A stretch of DNA of 64,000 nt. Source: a virus. The stretch is taken from IMG/VR virus record IMGVR_UViG_3300026488_000012, positions 32,001 to 96,000 of that record; one strand, given 5' to 3'. A model generated the notes under the pieces. That model was not told the origin of the DNA, did no database searches, and saw nothing but the letters and a program-made list of their open reading frames with translations. The position numbers were made by a program, and so were the translations under genes. Below are positions 59,801-64,000 of the stretch, one piece after another. Positions within the stretch are counted from its first letter, which is position 1, and each line of letters opens with the position of its first letter.

Positions 59801-59825
59801 GGAGTGGTTAACCACTCCTTATACT
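59794..59825. terminator. Perfect 32-bp palindrome between convergent genes
   Basis: agtataaggagtggtt|aaccactccttatact; contains both stop codons. Confidence 0.75.
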
Positions 59826-62686
59826 TTAATTAACTTTAACTCATAATCCAGTTCTGGTACATATATACCAGTAAGTGTAGGTGCTAATTTCTTAGACACG
59901 GAGAACATATTACTAGTAGGAGTGTATTCATATATTTCTATCTCTCCTAAGTTATCTAAGTTTTCTACTTTAACGAACTGTATATTACTGTCGTTTAATC
60001 TGTTTAATATGTATTTATCCATATCTATTCTTTTATTAAATTTCCTAATAGCGTATTGCAAAGCTAGACCTGTTTTTCTTTTTAGTTCTTCTAACTTAAT
60101 ACTATCAGTTACATCGTCTATTACATAAAGTGTGACTGTTGGTTTTACTATAAAAGGAGTATGGAATGTTACGTTATTTTTAATAATTTCAACGTCCCTT
60201 AGATTATAAGTAGGTTTGTATAATATTTTAGTATTTTCCAGTAACATACTATTTAATTCTTCTAACTCGTTAAATATGTAGTTATCGAGTTCTAAGTATT
60301 TACTTATCATAAATGTTCTATAATCCTTATCTTTAGTCAATAAGAACTCTAATTCAAATGTTAAAATATCTATGTAGTGGTCGAATCCATACGTATAATC
60401 TATAATAGGTTTAGAGTTATCGTCTAAGATAACTTCTCCTTTTTTATGTATTAGTATAGGGTTCCCTTCTTCATCAAGAACAAGGTCTCCTTTCTTATGT
60501 AGTATTTTTACTATTTCAGTATCCTCGATTCCATCTCCATTGGTATCTATTTTTTCAAATATGTAATTACCATCTTCATCCGTAGCTAACACGTCTTCTT
60601 TATACGTAAGGTATACGTCATTCTCATATTTTTTATATATTCTAAGGTTAGGGGATACTCTATAGTTTGTAAATAAATATTTAGCTCTTTTGAATAACTC
60701 TAAAGATAAATTACTTACAGCGATAACATTTGCTACTTCTGAATCAAACTGTTCTATCTCTCTGGTATAAGTGTTATTTATTTTACCTAAGACTGTAGGG
60801 TCTGTTACATATATGTAAAGCTTTGCATTTTTTATCACATTACCTATTCTAACATGGTCTAAAACAGATATGAAATCCATTAGTTCAACAGTATCATCCT
60901 GACCTATATAATCAGAAACATTGAATCTAAACGTTATTTCTTCATCTCCTATCTCACCTTTAATAGCTATCTTAGACATACTATTATTAGGTTTAAATAC
61001 CAACATAGCCTTCCTAAAATTATTAGGAATATTTCTAAAACTATCATCTGCGTTATATCTTAATTTAAGTACATAATCCTTACCGTTTCTAAGTACCGTA
61101 GTGTTTACTAACTCTAATACAAAATTACTATTAGCATTATAGTATTCAGATTTACTATAAATAACTTTAGGAGTATTTACTTCGTATACCCTTATAAATA
61201 CTCCATCTTTAAAATCGAATATGTACTTAAACGTGTTATAGAAATATTTCTCTTTTCTAAGTACCTCCGATAAATCACCTTCTGTTAGTGTTTTTAGTTT
61301 ATCAACATCCGTTTGTGATACCAGTTTAAATTTATAACCATCTTTCTTAAAGAACGTCATAGGTCTTATTATACCTATCCCATTGTCTATAGTAACGCTG
61401 TTAGGTAAATTAGCTATTTCTTCATGTGTTATTTCTAAAGTATCCATAAATACATCTGGATTACTATACAGATATGACTGGTCCTCTATGAATACTAATT
61501 TCTTCTTAACTACGTACTCTCTCTTAAGTATCGTGTCTATGGTGTTATCAAGTTCGTATCCATATCTACTTAACTTCTCTTCTATATCGTATGTCGTTAT
61601 AGGTAACTTGTTATCTCCTGTAGTATTATAAATAACTAACTTTCTAAGATCTTCTAAATCTAACATATTTCTACCACCTGAAGTGTAACTGGATGATAAT
61701 ATTATAGGTGTGAATGAAGTTATAGCAGGTGTTTTACCAGTTATCTGTGTAGGTAATGAAAAATCCATCGTGAAATCGTCTTTAATGTAGTTATCAAAGT
61801 TTAATATAACTTCTCCTTTAGTGGTATAGATATAATTACTAATATTAGTAATGTTAAAGTTCTTAGTATATGTATCATATAGCGTAGTTTTTAGTGTTTT
61901 TTCATCTTTTAGAGAACATCTTAGTACTGGATTTTTTATATCGTATACGAAATCAGAGAAAGTTATACAGGTATCTATCTCACCTACTTCTGTGGTTAAT
62001 TTACTAAATATCGTATGGAACTGATCATTAAGTTCATATGTTTTATTAAATCCTTGAACGGGTATTATAGATTGTTTATCGTATATCATATCTAATTGTT
62101 TTAATTCTACATCGAATAGAATCCATCCGTTACCATCATTGTCTGTAACTATATGACTTTTAAGTATTCTATTACCAGGTAGCGATATACTAAGTTTATT
62201 TGGCATTAGTATAACTACTGATTTATTCGTACTTTCGAAGTATCTTATTATTACGTCGTTTAGGAACATAAAGCTATAGTAGTTTTTTACTATTATTCTT
62301 GTATACATAGGAATGGTGATTTCGTAATATTGTTCTTTTTTTATACCGAATTGTTTAATCTGGTCTATCGATATGTATATATGGAACGTTGTAATACTTG
62401 GATATGCGAATACATTATCGTATTCCCTGTTTATCATATGGTGGTATAAGTCCTCTCTAGTCGTTGCTAATGATGGATATAACTTTCTTAAGTTTATTAC
62501 CATCTGTTCTAAAAGCGTGCTACCTACGGTAGCGTTACTTTCTATTAGAAACATAAACGGATTGGTTGGGTCTGGTATATCATTACCATCCATTAAAGTT
62601 TCCATATATTTGTATAAGTCTATCTGAACCATATTAGGGTCATATGCATACTTTATTAATTCGTTTTTAATATCTAAAAATCCCAT
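59819..62686 (-). CDS. Baseplate wedge-like virion protein (phiKZ gp27-like)
   Basis: PDPTNPFMFLIE, LYPSLATTREDLYHHM, TSGGRN.L.LEDLR and DTILKREY motifs, 955 aa. Confidence 0.75.
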   Translation of the reverse strand: MGFLDIKNELIKYAYDPNMVQIDLYKYMETLMDGNDIPDPTNPFMFLIESNATVGSTLLEQMVINLRKLYPSLATTREDLYHHMINREYDNVFAYPSITTFHIYISIDQIKQFGIKKEQYYEITIPMYTRIIVKNYYSFMFLNDVIIRYFESTNKSVVILMPNKLSISLPGNRILKSHIVTDNDGNGWILFDVELKQLDMIYDKQSIIPVQGFNKTYELNDQFHTIFSKLTTEVGEIDTCITFSDFVYDIKNPVLRCSLKDEKTLKTTLYDTYTKNFNITNISNYIYTTKGEVILNFDNYIKDDFTMDFSLPTQITGKTPAITSFTPIILSSSYTSGGRNMLDLEDLRKLVIYNTTGDNKLPITTYDIEEKLSRYGYELDNTIDTILKREYVVKKKLVFIEDQSYLYSNPDVFMDTLEITHEEIANLPNSVTIDNGIGIIRPMTFFKKDGYKFKLVSQTDVDKLKTLTEGDLSEVLRKEKYFYNTFKYIFDFKDGVFIRVYEVNTPKVIYSKSEYYNANSNFVLELVNTTVLRNGKDYVLKLRYNADDSFRNIPNNFRKAMLVFKPNNSMSKIAIKGEIGDEEITFRFNVSDYIGQDDTVELMDFISVLDHVRIGNVIKNAKLYIYVTDPTVLGKINNTYTREIEQFDSEVANVIAVSNLSLELFKRAKYLFTNYRVSPNLRIYKKYENDVYLTYKEDVLATDEDGNYIFEKIDTNGDGIEDTEIVKILHKKGDLVLDEEGNPILIHKKGEVILDDNSKPIIDYTYGFDHYIDILTFELEFLLTKDKDYRTFMISKYLELDNYIFNELEELNSMLLENTKILYKPTYNLRDVEIIKNNVTFHTPFIVKPTVTLYVIDDVTDSIKLEELKRKTGLALQYAIRKFNKRIDMDKYILNRLNDSNIQFVKVENLDNLGEIEIYEYTPTSNMFSVSKKLAPTLTGIYVPELDYELKLIKV

Positions 62687-62697
62687 TTAAAACTCCT

Positions 62698-63786
62698 TTA
62701 ATTATTGTTACCATTTGTTAACTTCTCAGTTGCTAAAGAGTATGATTGACTGTCTTTAGGAACTAACCATTTAAATTCAAGTGTATCGGGGTCTATATAC
62801 GGGTAACACCTATAGTTTAAATAATTTTTGAGTAAATCATCTACTTCATACATAGAGTTCTTATCTCCTTTTATGTAATAGTCTTCGTAGTAAGGATTAA
62901 AGTATGTCTGGACTAAATTAAACTCATGGATAAGCCTAGGATCGTTATATTGTCCTCCAACGCAAACGAATTTGATATCCAGTGTTTTATTACTTTCTTT
63001 CATTATTTCGTTTCTATCGTATTCGAAATATTTACCGAGATTCATAGCTGTAGGGAACGCAGCTCCCGGTGCGAATATCATACTTACATATTTCCCTGTT
63101 TTATCTAATAGGATTATATAAAATCTCGTATTGTAGTCTAATTCATTTTCAGATATAAAATCCACATATGGAACTAACTCCCCTTCAAATACCTTACTCT
63201 CATACATAGTCCACATTTGGAATAGTAACGGTAATACCCCTGTTTTAATATTGGAAAAGGTAGCAGTAACTTCGTAAACATCATTTACTTCATAAGTACC
63301 ATCAACCATAGCATACTGTTCCCTACGTAACCCAGCTTCAGTTGTCATATGTGGTACAGCTACGTCTGGTATACCTGATAATGTTAATAATGTGTTGGTT
63401 AGAACAGGTATAAATGCTTGATATTTATCAGACAACGGACAATTAACTACTTCGTTAGTTATTAGAATACTTCCTTCTTTACTCTTAACAAATGGTCCAT
63501 ATAAATCCCATTGTAATCTCGGGTCTAACATAGTTCTAACATATGCTTCTTTACTTACAAGGTTTTTAGTTAGTAATGGATAGAACTCTCTGACATTTAG
63601 TAAATTAGGAGTAGTAAGATTTAACTGTGGTCTTGTAAAGAATACATAACCTTTTCTATATCGTTCCATAGGTATAATAGGTGTAGAATGTGTCATATTT
63701 ATGCCGTATAAGAAGTTACTGATACCCCTATCGAGTCCTCCTATATACGTATTGTCTAAAACATCGTTAAAGTTTTTTAAAACCAT
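62698..63786 (-). CDS. Tube-like/baseplate hub virion protein (phiKZ gp28-like)
   Basis: GYVFFTRPQLNL, FIPVLTN.L..LSG.PD, DYNTRFY and YP.IDPDTLEF.W motifs. Confidence 0.75.
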   Translation of the reverse strand: MVLKNFNDVLDNTYIGGLDRGISNFLYGINMTHSTPIIPMERYRKGYVFFTRPQLNLTTPNLLNVREFYPLLTKNLVSKEAYVRTMLDPRLQWDLYGPFVKSKEGSILITNEVVNCPLSDKYQAFIPVLTNTLLTLSGIPDVAVPHMTTEAGLRREQYAMVDGTYEVNDVYEVTATFSNIKTGVLPLLFQMWTMYESKVFEGELVPYVDFISENELDYNTRFYIILLDKTGKYVSMIFAPGAAFPTAMNLGKYFEYDRNEIMKESNKTLDIKFVCVGGQYNDPRLIHEFNLVQTYFNPYYEDYYIKGDKNSMYEVDDLLKNYLNYRCYPYIDPDTLEFKWLVPKDSQSYSLATEKLTNGNNN

Positions 63787-63919
63787 AAAATCTCCTTATT
63801 TATTATAATATCTCCATTTACTTCATCCCAAGGTAACATATACAATATATAACGACCCCTCAAATGTTATGATTAGACGCCTGATAACTAGTAAATTTAC
63901 TTAAAAATAAGGAGAAAAT

Positions 63920-64000
63920 ATGGCTAAATACGAAGTACATGGTAACATAAGCTATGGCTTATGTAGTGGATTTGTTTCAGTAGCAGCTGCTACAAGTATA
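63920..64000 (+). CDS. 3'-truncated ORF start
   Basis: SD aaggag before ATG 63920; MAKYEVHGNISYGLCSGFVSVAAATSI runs off the window end. Confidence 0.55.
   Translation, partial: MAKYEVHGNISYGLCSGFVSVAAATSI

Noticed and set aside
387-63108. Numerous 60-270 aa ORFs antisense to or nested in long genes (e.g. 12718..13524, 6592..7038, 4231..4653, 58026..58472)
   Set aside because: They are S/L/F/I-rich shadows of the K/E-rich sense strand, lack SD sites and lie wholly within well-supported CDSs.
1-64000. Stop-codon reassignment (alternative genetic code)
   Set aside because: Core genes are full length under code 11, and TAA, TAG and TGA all terminate genes at sensible points. The single internal TAA at 42394 co-occurs with a frameshift.

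Overview
An AT-rich (roughly 30% GC by eye) 64-kb segment of a phiKZ-related jumbo myophage genome, using the standard genetic code and strong AAGGAG Shine-Dalgarno sites. Recognisable core genes: split virion RNA polymerase subunits (beta' N-part with a DYDGD catalytic motif, 1451-aa beta N-part, beta C-part, probable beta' C-part), tail sheath and tube, portal, large terminase, UvsX/RecA-like ATPase, SF2 helicase, PhuZ tubulin, family-B DNA polymerase and several baseplate/virion proteins. Accessory genes include a MYG1-family nuclease, RecJ, an AAA+ ATPase, a kinase-like protein, a Q/N/M-rich prion-like protein and a disrupted WDGH-domain gene. Beyond the ORFs, I found a 9-copy bipartite early-promoter motif with fixed spacing, a family of related terminator hairpins, a GC-rich four-helix RNA directly upstream of the MYG1 gene, and a 900-bp non-coding locus dense in inverted repeats next to the terminase gene. 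No tRNA, rRNA, CRISPR array, intron or IS element was recognised. Chimallin, non-virion RNAP subunits and the major capsid gene were not recognised in this window. Family assignments come from motifs and remembered synteny, not from database searches.
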